NCBI GenBank assembly: GCA_036769565.1
Contig: DAIPKW010000002.1
Coordinates: 9,727-73,726, forward strand
From: Thermodesulfobacteriota bacterium
GTDB lineage: Bacteria > Desulfobacterota > BSN033 > UBA1163
Direction of reading: 5' to 3'
DNA length: 64,000 nucleotides
This document shows, piece after piece, positions 28,856-37,996 of the stretch (positions are counted from its first letter, which is position 1; every line of letters starts with the position of its first letter). Both the position numbers and the translations under genes were made by a program. The notes under the pieces were generated by a model that did no database searches, had not been told where the DNA came from, and saw only the letters and a program-made list of their open reading frames with translations.

Positions 28856-30706
28856 CTAACAGACACGAATTGCGTGAAATTTGCATGCCTCATAACAGGC
28901 GCCACATTTTGTGCATCGATCTTGTGCGATGGCATGGGGTTTCTTCTTCTCTCCCGTGATCGCTTCAACCGAACACTTTTTCGCACAGGCGCCACAACCA
29001 TTGCAGATTTCGGGATCGATCTCGTAATGGAACAAGGCTTTACATACCCCTGCCTCACACCGTTTCTTCAGGATATGGGCTTCGTACTCAGGGAGAAAGT
29101 AACGAAGGGTCGTTTGCACCGGATTGGGAGCGGTCTGACCCAGACCACAGAGCGAACCTTTTTGAACGGTCTCGCTTACCTCCTTGAGAATCTCGAGATC
29201 TTCGGGCGTTCCTTTTCCCTCGCAGATCTCATTGAGGATGTCGAGCATCTGTCGCGTGCCAAGGCGGCAGGGGATACACTTTCCGCATGACTCATTAGCC
29301 GTGAAAGAGAGAAAATACCTTGGTATATCCACCATACAGGTCTCCTCATCCATCACCACCATACCACCAGATCCCATGATGGAACCCGCTGCTGTGAGCG
29401 ACTCATAATCAACGGGCAGGTCGAAAAGCTCAGCCGGAATGCATCCTCCTGAGGGGCCACCGGTCTGAACCGCCTTCACTCTTTTCCCTTTTCCCACACC
29501 TCCACCAATCTCATAGATGATCTCTTTGAGACGAATCCCCATGGGAACTTCGATGAGACCGGTTCGCTCCACTTTTCCTGCCAGGGCAAAGGTCTTTGTC
29601 CCTTTGCTCTTCTCCGTTCCAAAGCTGGCATACCACTTCGCTCCTTTTTCCAAAATGGCGGAGACATTGGCAAAGGTCTCCACATTGTTGATGTTGGTGG
29701 GATTTCCCCAGAGTCCTTTAATCGCTGGAAAAGGAGGCCTTGATCGCGGCATGCCCCTGCCACCGGCAATCGAAGCCATCAGGGCAGTCTCCTCTCCACA
29801 GACAAACGCTCCTGCCCCTTCTTTGATGTGAATCTCAAAACTGAAACCACTCCCCATGATATGTCGACCTAATAGATTGGCCTCTTCCATCTGGATCAGG
29901 GCTGTCTCCAGCCGCTTAATGGCTAATGGATATTCGGCACGGATATAGATGTAACCTTCGCTGCATCCGATCGCATAGGCTCCGATGAGCATTCCCTCAA
30001 GAACAGAGTGGGGATCTCCTTCGAGCAGGGAGCGATCCATAAAAGCACCCGGGTCTCCCTCGTCCGCATTACAGATGATATACTTTGTTCGGCCGGGCGC
30101 CTTTTTGGCGAATTCCCACTTCATTCCCGTAGGAAAACCAGCACCTCCTCTTCCACGAAGGCCTGAATCCTTGATCTCTTGAATCACCTCTTCCGGAGCC
30201 ATCTGAAGCGCCTGCGCCAACCCGCTGTATCCGCCCCGGGCAATGTAGTGTTCAATATTCTCCGGGTCAATGATACCGCAATTTCGAAGCGCAATCCGAA
30301 CCTGGGGTTTGATCATGGGCAGATCCTCGAAGTGTGGGATCCCATCCACAGGCCCAACGCCAATGAAACAGACAGCCCACTCTGGCTTTGGATCGTCGTC
30401 TTTAAGATAGGCAAGGAGAATCTCTTCGGTCTTTTTGGCTGTGAGGTTTCCATAGTAGATAAAAGGTCCTCCTGGTTTCCGGACCGCCATAATCGGCTCA
30501 AGATAGCAGGTGCCAATGCATCCGACCTGGAGGATGCGACCCAGAAGGTTCATCTGTTTGAGCGTCTGTTTGGCCGCTGCAAATACCTCATCCGCACCGG
30601 CTGCTTTACCGCAGGTGCCCATACCGATCTGGATGAGGGGCTGCTTTAGGTTCTCGAGCGCTCTCCAGTTTTTCTCAGCCCGCTGCTTGATCAATGAAAA
30701 ATCCAT
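28856..30706 (-). CDS. NuoF/HydB(HylB)-like NADH-binding flavoprotein subunit
   Basis: SGLRGRGGAGFPTGMKW, NADEGDPGAFMDR, GGPSGG, SCGKCIPCR, an N-terminal GTCG/GCIGTC [2Fe-2S] domain and a C-terminal 2x[4Fe-4S] domain. Confidence 0.92.
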   Translation of the reverse strand: MDFSLIKQRAEKNWRALENLKQPLIQIGMGTCGKAAGADEVFAAAKQTLKQMNLLGRILQVGCIGTCYLEPIMAVRKPGGPFIYYGNLTAKKTEEILLAYLKDDDPKPEWAVCFIGVGPVDGIPHFEDLPMIKPQVRIALRNCGIIDPENIEHYIARGGYSGLAQALQMAPEEVIQEIKDSGLRGRGGAGFPTGMKWEFAKKAPGRTKYIICNADEGDPGAFMDRSLLEGDPHSVLEGMLIGAYAIGCSEGYIYIRAEYPLAIKRLETALIQMEEANLLGRHIMGSGFSFEIHIKEGAGAFVCGEETALMASIAGGRGMPRSRPPFPAIKGLWGNPTNINNVETFANVSAILEKGAKWYASFGTEKSKGTKTFALAGKVERTGLIEVPMGIRLKEIIYEIGGGVGKGKRVKAVQTGGPSGGCIPAELFDLPVDYESLTAAGSIMGSGGMVVMDEETCMVDIPRYFLSFTANESCGKCIPCRLGTRQMLDILNEICEGKGTPEDLEILKEVSETVQKGSLCGLGQTAPNPVQTTLRYFLPEYEAHILKKRCEAGVCKALFHYEIDPEICNGCGACAKKCSVEAITGEKKKPHAIAQDRCTKCGACYEACKFHAIRVC

Positions 30707-30767
30707 AGCGCACCTCAATCTTTCTCTCTTCAGGTTATCTCATCTTTAAAACCACCCCAAGGGCAAT

Positions 30768-30850
30768 TTATAGCGCAAGTCTTTAGCCCTGCCCGCCTAC
30801 AGGACAGGCAGGTAGGCCTCTCGAAGCAACCCTAAAGGGCTGCGTTACAA
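30768..30850. repeat. REP-like composite hairpin
   Basis: TAGCGCAAGTCTTTAG...CCTGCCCGCC...GGCAGG...GCAACCCTAAAGGGCTGCGTTA, with nested inverted repeats. Confidence 0.55.
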
Positions 30851-30873
30851 TGAAATTTAAAAAATCAGTCAAT

Positions 30874-31383
30874 TTAAGTCTCTCTTGAGCGGATCTCGTC
30901 AATCAACTTCAATGCCCTCGACCGATTCAGGCTTCCGTAGACAGAATCGTTGATCACCATGACCGGTGCCAGAGCACAGGAGCCAAAGCAGGCGACCGTC
31001 TCTATCGTAAAAAGGCCATCCTCTGTCATCTGCCCTGGGACGACCTTAAGATAATCCACCAGTGTGTCCAGAAGCCGATCCGAACCTTTGACATGGCAGG
31101 CTGTTCCCCGACAGACCCGAATGATATACTTTCCAACGGGCTGAAAACGGAACTGGGCGTAGAAGGTCGCCGTTCCAAAGACCTTTGCGGCAGAAAGTCC
31201 AGTGAGACGGGCGATCTCAAGCATAGCCTGTTCCGGTAAAAAGCCAAGCGTCCTCTGAACCCGCTGGAGCATGGGAATCAGTTCACTCGGCCTTCCCTTA
31301 AATTCTTTCCTCATCTCATGAATAAGATGTTCGATCTCCAGCTTGCCTTCTATTGATAAATCCTCACAAATGGCCTGTTCCAT
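30874..31383 (-). CDS. NuoE/HydC-like [2Fe-2S] subunit
   Basis: ATFYAQF, VCRGTACHVKG and VACFGSCALAPV. Confidence 0.93.
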   Translation of the reverse strand: MEQAICEDLSIEGKLEIEHLIHEMRKEFKGRPSELIPMLQRVQRTLGFLPEQAMLEIARLTGLSAAKVFGTATFYAQFRFQPVGKYIIRVCRGTACHVKGSDRLLDTLVDYLKVVPGQMTEDGLFTIETVACFGSCALAPVMVINDSVYGSLNRSRALKLIDEIRSRET

Positions 31384-31440
31384 AGATGCTCCCTTCCTTA
31401 GGATGAATCGCTCGAACTCTTTATTCAGAAAAATAAGTCT

Positions 31441-31551
31441 CTGGGCTAGGGCATGGATGCCTATCTCTTATATCCGTAAGGTCTATGGGCTTTAAATTAA
31501 TAGCCATAACCTTTGCCCAAACTGGCGTCTTTGCCTTTACCTTAACCTAAG
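31441..31551. repeat. Intergenic palindromic repeat, family A (copy 3)
   Basis: CCATAACCTTTGCCCAAACTGGCGTC...TTTACCTTAACC is the reverse complement of the family A core. Confidence 0.7.
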
Positions 31552-31593
31552 AACAATCTTTATCCTTCAAGAATGACACTCCATCAAGAAGGA

Positions 31594-32277
31594 TTACCAG
31601 GCTTCTCGCTCCAGTCGCTTGTAGATGAACATCAGTTGTTCCTCGGTCAACTCCCCAATATTCTTCCGAATCCACTCCAGATCACCGGAAAGAATCGCAG
31701 CCTTTGCCTTACGGGTGAGCCGATATTCTTTCAGGGCTTCTGAACCATTCTCCATCAATTCGCGCCAGAACTCTCCGTCATGATAGGCCCTTTCGAGAAC
31801 CCGGATGACCTCTTCCTTCTGGATCAGTCTCTCTTCATGCGTCTCGGAGATGAGCTTTTCCATGGACTCCCTCTCTTTCTTTTCCAGCGCACCTTTTACC
31901 GCTGTTTTAAATTCATCTTCGGTAAAGGGCTTGCGCAGGTAGTCCGAGACCCCCATCTTTACGGCCTGGACTGCTGAAGCGACAGAGGGGTAACCCGTGA
32001 TAATGACCACATTGGTCCTTGGCCGCTTCTCCCGCACCTCTTGGATGACCTCCATCCCATCCATATCAGGCAACCGAAGGTCTGCCACCAAGAGGTCAAA
32101 CTCCGTTGCCTTAAACTTATCGAGTGCGTCATGCCCTGTTTCAGCGAGATCCACTTCATAGCCTTCTTCACGCATCACCATCTCAAGTCCCTTTGCAACG
32201 TTTAATTCATCCTCCACCAGAAGAACATGGGGCCGATAAGTCGTCTCACTTCGTACGGTCGTTTGGATTGCGTTCAT
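31594..32277 (-). CDS. Response regulator: receiver domain plus a C-terminal helical domain, with no DNA-binding output
   Basis: LLVEDE, LLVADLRLPDMDG (phosphoacceptor Asp) and YLRKPF. The C-terminal 71 aa are homologous to the FdhF extension. Confidence 0.9.
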   Translation of the reverse strand: MNAIQTTVRSETTYRPHVLLVEDELNVAKGLEMVMREEGYEVDLAETGHDALDKFKATEFDLLVADLRLPDMDGMEVIQEVREKRPRTNVVIITGYPSVASAVQAVKMGVSDYLRKPFTEDEFKTAVKGALEKKERESMEKLISETHEERLIQKEEVIRVLERAYHDGEFWRELMENGSEALKEYRLTRKAKAAILSGDLEWIRKNIGELTEEQLMFIYKRLEREAW

Positions 32278-32315
32278 TGCTTTTACCTCCTTTCATCTAT
32301 CGTCACCCTCTATTT

Positions 32316-32332
32316 AGCAATAGCAATGCCAA
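32316..32332 (-). promoter_or_regulatory. Sigma54 (-24/-12) promoter for the receiver-nuoE-nuoF-fdhF cluster
   Basis: Minus-strand TTGGCATTGCTATTGCT has exact GG-N10-GC spacing and near-consensus TGGCA-N6-TTGC, about 40 bp upstream of an AAGGAGG-ATG. Confidence 0.8.
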
Positions 32333-32427
32333 TTGAGACATACTCTTCGATTATTTAAATTCTCTTGTAATTTTAAATAGTTAAAATGAATCAATTTCAC
32401 CAAAAAAGGAGGTTGAATCACCAAATC

Positions 32428-32444
32428 GTATAAAATTTTATACA
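32428..32444. promoter_or_regulatory. Palindromic candidate enhancer (UAS) for the sigma54 activator
   Basis: GTATAAAA-T-TTTTATAC is a perfect 8-bp inverted repeat about 100 bp upstream of the -24 box. Confidence 0.55.
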
Positions 32445-32524
32445 CCTGGAAAGAGTGAAAAAATGATTTTATTGTTGCTTTAGATAATTAGAAGTGTATA
32501 ATAGAATATACAGAGAGAGTATGA

Positions 32525-33792
32525 ATGAGTGAAAAAGTGGAATTTGAGACCCTTTATAGCATTCTTCGGGATATCAGTGCATCGCTCGATTCCGGCGCAC
32601 ATGTTAGAGATGTTATGGAAACCATTGTTATGAAGTCTGCCCAGATGTTCAAGGCAAGTGGCGCTGTGATTCGAATTTTAAATCCCAAGACCCGACACCT
32701 CGATCTGGGAGCTGCATACGGTTTGAGTGACCAGTACCTTTCAAAGGGACCATCATTCCGGGAGGAATCCATAATGGAATTCTGTCGGCAAAACAAAGTG
32801 ATGGTCATCCGCGATATTCTCAATGACCCTTTTGTTCAATACCCTAAGGAGGCCTGGGCAGAAGGGATCCGGATGATGGTGGATGCACCCATTACTTATC
32901 GAGACGAGGTTCTTGGGATACTTCGAATCTATTTTGATGAACCAAAAGAATTTTCTGAAACAGAGCTACAATATCTCATCCTTATTGCAGAACGGGGGCC
33001 GTTGTCATCCAGAGGGCAAAGCAGATCGAGAGGCAAGAATCCCGTTATGATCAGTTAGCCCTTCAAACAGAAAAACTATCGGCCCTGGGCCGAATGGCGG
33101 CTGGCATCGCCCATGAGATCAATAATCCCCTTGCCGGCATCCTCCTCTTCAGCTCAAACCTCTTAAAAAAGGTTCCGCAGGAAGGCCCTTTCAGAGAGGG
33201 GCTTCAGATCATTGTTCAAGAGACTCTCCGTTGTAAAGCCATTATTCAGGACCTTCTCGAATTCTCACGTGCAAACGAGCCCAAAACAACCCCATCCAAT
33301 GTGAATCAGGTGATGGAGAGGGCTCTCCATCTGCTCGCAAATGAATTCAAGCTTCGCCACATTCAGCTCGAATTGGACCTGGCCAAATCGTTGCCGCAGA
33401 TCCTCATTGATGAAAACCAGATCGAGCAGATCTTCGTCAACCTGTTGCTCAATGCCATTCAGGCGATCGAAGAGCAGGGAACGATAACCATCCGAACCTA
33501 TATGAGTTCAAATCGGAAAAATGTGACGATCGATATCGCTGATACAGGATGCGGGATTCCCCCAGAAAATATGTCGAAGATCTTTGAGCCGTTCTTCTCT
33601 ACGAAGTCAAAGGGAACCGGCCTTGGCCTGGCCGTAACCTATGGAATCGTCCAAAAACATGGGGGACACATCTATGCCGACAACCAGCGAAAACAGGGAG
33701 CCCGTTTCGTTGTGGAGCTTCCCATTCCCCTTGGAGTTGATCCAAGAGAAAGACAGAGAGATGAAACCAGCAAAGATCTTAATCATCGATGA
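32525..33792 (+). pseudogene. GAF-domain sensor histidine kinase, split by a 1-nt frameshift (real mutation or sequencing error)
   Basis: The GAF ORF 32525.. and the HisKA/HATPase ORF (AHEINNPL, NLLLNA, DTGCG, GTGLGL) join if the G5 run at 32994-32998 is G6, giving ...IAERGAVVIQRAKQIE...QTEKLSALGRMAAG (422 aa). Confidence 0.8.
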
Positions 33793-35162
33793 TGAACCTG
33801 TCGTCTGTAAAGGATGCCACTTGGCGCTCTCAAACGAAGACCATATCGTTGAGATCTGCATGACGGGCAGAGAAGGGGTGGCCCTCATGGAGCAGGGCGA
33901 CTATGATCTGGTCCTTCTCGATATGAAGTTACCCGACATCGAGGGCATGGAGATCCTTAGAACGATCCATCAAAAGAAACCGAATCTCCTTGTCATCGTC
34001 ATGACCGGCTATTCCACTGTTCAGAATGCAGTCGAGGCCATGAAGTTAGGTGCTTTTGACTACCTCTCCAAACCTTTTACCGATGAAGAATTAATCCTCA
34101 CTGTCCAGAGGGCCATTGAAAAGAAGCGATTGGCGGAGGAAAACCTTCTTCTGCGAAAGGAACTCTTCGAGCGATTCCGTTTTGAAAATATTGTCGGAGA
34201 GAGCCCCAAAATCCTCTCCGTCTTTGAACAGGTCGAAAGGGTTGCTCCGACCGATAGCACCGTGCTCCTCTATGGAGAAAGCGGCACGGGCAAAGAGCTC
34301 TTTGCAGGAGCCATCCATGCCAGAAGCCAGAGGGCTCATCGTCAATTCATTGCCGTGGATTGCTCCACGCTTTCGCCAAGTCTGCTCGAAAGCGAGCTCT
34401 TCGGCCATGTCAGGGGAGCCTTTACGGGCGCGGTTCGGGACAAAGAGGGCATTTTTAGTGTAGCCCATGGAGGCACCCTCTTTATGGACGATGTGACCAA
34501 TCTCAACCTTGAGATCCAGGGAAAACTTTTGAGGGTTCTTGAGACCGGAGAATATAAACCCGTAGGAGCGAGCCACTCTCAAAAGACCGATGTCAGGATC
34601 ATTGCGGCCACCAACAGGGATCTAAAGGCAATGGTCGAAGAGGGACAGTTCCGAGAGGATCTCTATTATCGGTTAAATGTCTTTCCCATCTATATTCCAC
34701 CACTCCGTGAGAGAAAGGAGGATATCCCCAAGCTCGCCTACCATTTTCTCAGACATTTCTGCCGAAAAACGGGGAAGCGGATCGAAGGGTTCTCAGATGA
34801 AGCCCTGGAGAGCTTAATGCAGTACGATTGGCCTGGCAATGTCCGGCAATTGAAGAATGTGGTCGAACGACTGGTGATCATGGCCGACAACACAAAACTC
34901 GATCTGCCCCACCTGCTCGATCAGCTTCAGAGTAGACGGTCCTGGAAGGGTCACCCCATCCCCGAAACCCTCAAAGAACTGAATGCCGAAAAGAAGCGGC
35001 TACTCGAAGAGACCTTCGGTCAAATTCAGAAGGCCTTCCTCATCAATGCCCTCCGGGCTTCGAATGGAAACATCACCCGTGCCGCCGAGAGGGTTGGGCA
35101 TGCAACGGCCCAATTTCTGCGCCCTCCTCAAAAAACACCGTATCTCGGCCAAGGAGACTTAG
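33761..35162 (+). CDS. NtrC-family sigma54-dependent response regulator; a +1 frameshift disrupts the C-terminal HTH
   Basis: Receiver domain, GESGTGKE, GAFTGA, RYDWPGN-type motif. Removing one base at 35096-35099 restores GNITRAAERVGMQRPNFCALLKKHRI with a stop at 35160-35162. As given, the ORF runs to 35185 in the wrong frame. Confidence 0.85.
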
Positions 35163-35254
35163 AACCGATACTTTATTTTCGTTGATTTAATACTATAGCG
35201 ACACTTATGTGGAAAACCTTATATAATCAGCAGAAAGAAGGCACACTACGGTAC

Positions 35255-35333
35255 GTCATACCTGCGAAAGCAGGTGTCCAGTATTTTGTTAAAGGCCCAA
35301 CGACTTCTGGATTCCCGTTTTCACGGGAATGAC
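35255..35333. repeat. REP/dRS3-like pair of inverted hairpins
   Basis: GTCATACCTGCGAAAGCAGGTGTCCAG ... CTGGATTCCCGTTTTCACGGGAATGAC; matches the widespread GTCATTCCCGCGAAAGCGGGAATCCAG-type element. Confidence 0.8.
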
Positions 35334-35393
35334 AAAAAAGTCGCTGTAGGGTTAATTGATCTGAAAGAAACTTGAAGGAAAGGAGAGATCCGC

Positions 35394-36110
35394 TTGTTAC
35401 ATCTAAGAGAGATTAGGTTACGAATCGATCAATATCCAACTTTAAACCATTATCCCTTTCATCTGGAAGTTCTCCAGAAAACTCGAAGCATCGAGTTCTC
35501 TTCTCCTGTGACTTTTTTCATTGGGGAAAACGGCTCGGGAAAATCAACCCTTCTCGAAGCCATCGCGCGGCGATGCAACATCCATATCTGGAGTGGCGTT
35601 GAATATACCCGTGTGAACCCCAATCCCTATGAGCAGGCATTGTTCCTCTATCTTGAGGTCGAATGGACGAATGGCATTCTTCCGGGCTCTTTTTTCTCTT
35701 CTCAAATCTTCAGAAACTTCGCACAATTGGTTGAGATATGGGAGGCGGATAATCCTGGCCAGATCGATTGTTTTGGGGGGAAGTCCTTATTAACCCAGTC
35801 TCATGGCCAATCCCTGATGTCCTACTTTAAATCCCGGTACAAGATCAAAGGGCTCTATCTTATGGATGAACCGGAAACAGCGCTCTCGCCCAAAAGCCAA
35901 CTCCAGCTTCTCCATCTCCTTCAGGAGATGAGTCGCCTGGGGCACGCCCAGTTCATCATTGCCACCCACTCCCCTATCCTTTTAGCCTGTCCAGGAGCCG
36001 TGATTTATAGTTTTGATCATACTCCGCTTAAGGAAATCCAATACGAAGAGACAGACCATTACCGGATTTACAAAACTTTCATGGAGAACCCAGAAAGACA
36101 TTTTGAATAG
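35394..36110 (+). CDS. Predicted ABC/AAA ATPase (COG3910-like)
   Basis: GENGSGKSTLLEA, QSHGQS, MDEPETALSP and IATHSPIL. Confidence 0.85.
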   Translation: MLHLREIRLRIDQYPTLNHYPFHLEVLQKTRSIEFSSPVTFFIGENGSGKSTLLEAIARRCNIHIWSGVEYTRVNPNPYEQALFLYLEVEWTNGILPGSFFSSQIFRNFAQLVEIWEADNPGQIDCFGGKSLLTQSHGQSLMSYFKSRYKIKGLYLMDEPETALSPKSQLQLLHLLQEMSRLGHAQFIIATHSPILLACPGAVIYSFDHTPLKEIQYEETDHYRIYKTFMENPERHFE

Positions 36111-36145
36111 GAGTGAAGTGGCTTACGCCATGGGTTGAACTTTGA

Positions 36146-36865
36146 TCAGGTAGATTCTCCGCGGCTCTTTATGGCCCAAGCTTCATATTTGGCTGAGATT
36201 TCGAGATACTGTTTTACATCTACAATCGGTCGGTTGATCTCTCCCAAAAGGGTGGGCTCCACTTTCCCATGGCGAACCAGCATTCGCCCGGCCTTCTGAA
36301 TCATCTCAAGGCGAGGCTCAAGAAGTTGTGGCGCCATCTGAAGCGCAATGGAGCCGGGAATGCAGATCTCTCCAATGGGTTCGCAGCCAAAGTTCGCAGC
36401 CTGAGCCCTGAACGTCATGATTAAAGGCTGAAAACTTTCCACTTCTGGAAATCCCGATGTTGAGACGAGGAAGAATTTGGAGGGCATCTTCCAGCTGAAA
36501 GGGTGTCTTATTCGATTTGAAGGGTCAGGCCGTAAAAATGGATCCATACAACAGATCATGCGATCCATCACGGTCTTCATCGGTCCGCTCATACTGTCCG
36601 TATAGACCGGGGTCCCCATCACAAAGAGAGCCGACTCTCTCATGACGGGATAGATCTGGTCCATATCATCTCTTTGAGCACATTGACCAGGCGTTTTATG
36701 CATACACGTCAGGCATGCCTTGCAGTATGAGATATTCATTTCCTTAAGCTGGAAATCCTTTACCGTTGCTCCTCCCTCTGAAAGCCCCTTCAAAAGCGAG
36801 TCGAGCAATCTCCATATTACACCTTTCTTTCCCCTCGCACTTCCATTCAATGCAATTACCTTCAT
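36146..36865 (-). CDS. Flavodoxin-family / iron-sulfur flavoprotein-like NAD(P)H-dependent FMN reductase
   Basis: KVIALNGSAR, CKACLTC...C..DDM, GTPVY and MKTVMDR. Confidence 0.82.
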   Translation of the reverse strand: MKVIALNGSARGKKGVIWRLLDSLLKGLSEGGATVKDFQLKEMNISYCKACLTCMHKTPGQCAQRDDMDQIYPVMRESALFVMGTPVYTDSMSGPMKTVMDRMICCMDPFLRPDPSNRIRHPFSWKMPSKFFLVSTSGFPEVESFQPLIMTFRAQAANFGCEPIGEICIPGSIALQMAPQLLEPRLEMIQKAGRMLVRHGKVEPTLLGEINRPIVDVKQYLEISAKYEAWAIKSRGEST

Positions 36866-36978
36866 AATGCCTCCCTTGCGGTAGAATCATTCCCCTTCTA
36901 AATCTCAACATCCGCCTACGACCATTCAACTCCATTCATATTCAGGGCTAAAGCCCTGAGTCACATTTAATGGCTCTG

Positions 36979-37881
36979 TCATTCTTTTCTGACGTATTGA
37001 TCTTCTTTCTGCACAACAGCGCCCGATCGGATGAGCCGTTCCAGGTGTTTCTTCATGATGGCTTGCTCGCCCAAATCGAAGAAGGCTTTAGGTTCCCTCG
37101 GTTTGCCATAAACGATTCTGGCTTCTATAATTTCTCTCATCGTCCGAGGCTTCTTTAGCAATTCAAGCAATCGCTGCTCCCGCTTGCTGATGATGTTCAA
37201 GTAATCATCCCAGAGGGGCATCTGTGTATTTTGGAAAACCCCTTTCTCATGGCTCGAGATCAGAATGTTTGCCGGAATTTGCTTTAACCGTAATACGGAT
37301 TCGATCGTCTCTTCGATGCTCGAGTGGGCATCACCATAATAGGGACCAAATGGAGCAAGGTCATAATCTCCTATGAAAAGGATCCCTATTTCTCTAAAAA
37401 GGAACCCGAGATGGCCGGGCGTATGTCCTGGGGTTGAGATGACTTCCACGGTCTGTACTCCAAGATCCAGGATCTGGCCGCCCTGGAGAAATCCTGCAGG
37501 CTTTCTCGGTTTGAAGTGAAACTGTTCCTGAATCATCTGCCTCCAATATGCTCGATACTCCCCATAATCCATTCCATACCAGTCAAGAAAGAGATCAATA
37601 TCTGATAGCGGAACAACCTCCTTCTCTGAAACCCAGAGAGGTAGATCATCAAATAGGTCGAGATGCATAAAATGATCTTCGTGGACATGGCTGAGCCAGA
37701 CCGCATTGACTCTGTTCTCATCGCGCAGCCTGGCAAGCCGTGTTCGATCTGAGGCTGGATCAATGAGAATACCTGCGTCTTCGATATATAAAGAATGGCA
37801 AAAAGGATACTTCCCTTGATTCTCTCCGGGAATAAACCAGACTGGACCAAAATGAACTTCTTCTATACGTTCCTTCTCCAC
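36979..37881 (-). CDS. Metallo-beta-lactamase fold hydrolase
   Basis: SHVHEDH, TPGHTPGH, GDYDL and SSHE. Confidence 0.88.
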   Translation of the reverse strand: MEKERIEEVHFGPVWFIPGENQGKYPFCHSLYIEDAGILIDPASDRTRLARLRDENRVNAVWLSHVHEDHFMHLDLFDDLPLWVSEKEVVPLSDIDLFLDWYGMDYGEYRAYWRQMIQEQFHFKPRKPAGFLQGGQILDLGVQTVEVISTPGHTPGHLGFLFREIGILFIGDYDLAPFGPYYGDAHSSIEETIESVLRLKQIPANILISSHEKGVFQNTQMPLWDDYLNIISKREQRLLELLKKPRTMREIIEARIVYGKPREPKAFFDLGEQAIMKKHLERLIRSGAVVQKEDQYVRKE

Positions 37882-37996
37882 CCCAATCTTTCTCCTTCGC
37901 CAGGCTCAACCTGGCCGAAGTGAAACCGTTTTTGAATTCCTGTGGTCCTTATTTCTTCGAATACCAAAAACATCGAATCAGAGGGGAATGTTTATT

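Noticed and set aside
15800-31809. RiPP system linking the radical SAM enzyme to the NHLP-like helical tails
   Set aside because: The tails are C-terminal fusions without a core peptide, lie 8-14 kb from the radical SAM gene, and no transporter, peptidase or SPASM domain is evident.
32990-33000. Programmed -1 ribosomal frameshift in the kinase
   Set aside because: There is no X-XXY-YYZ slippery heptamer of the usual A/U-rich type and no obvious stimulatory structure.
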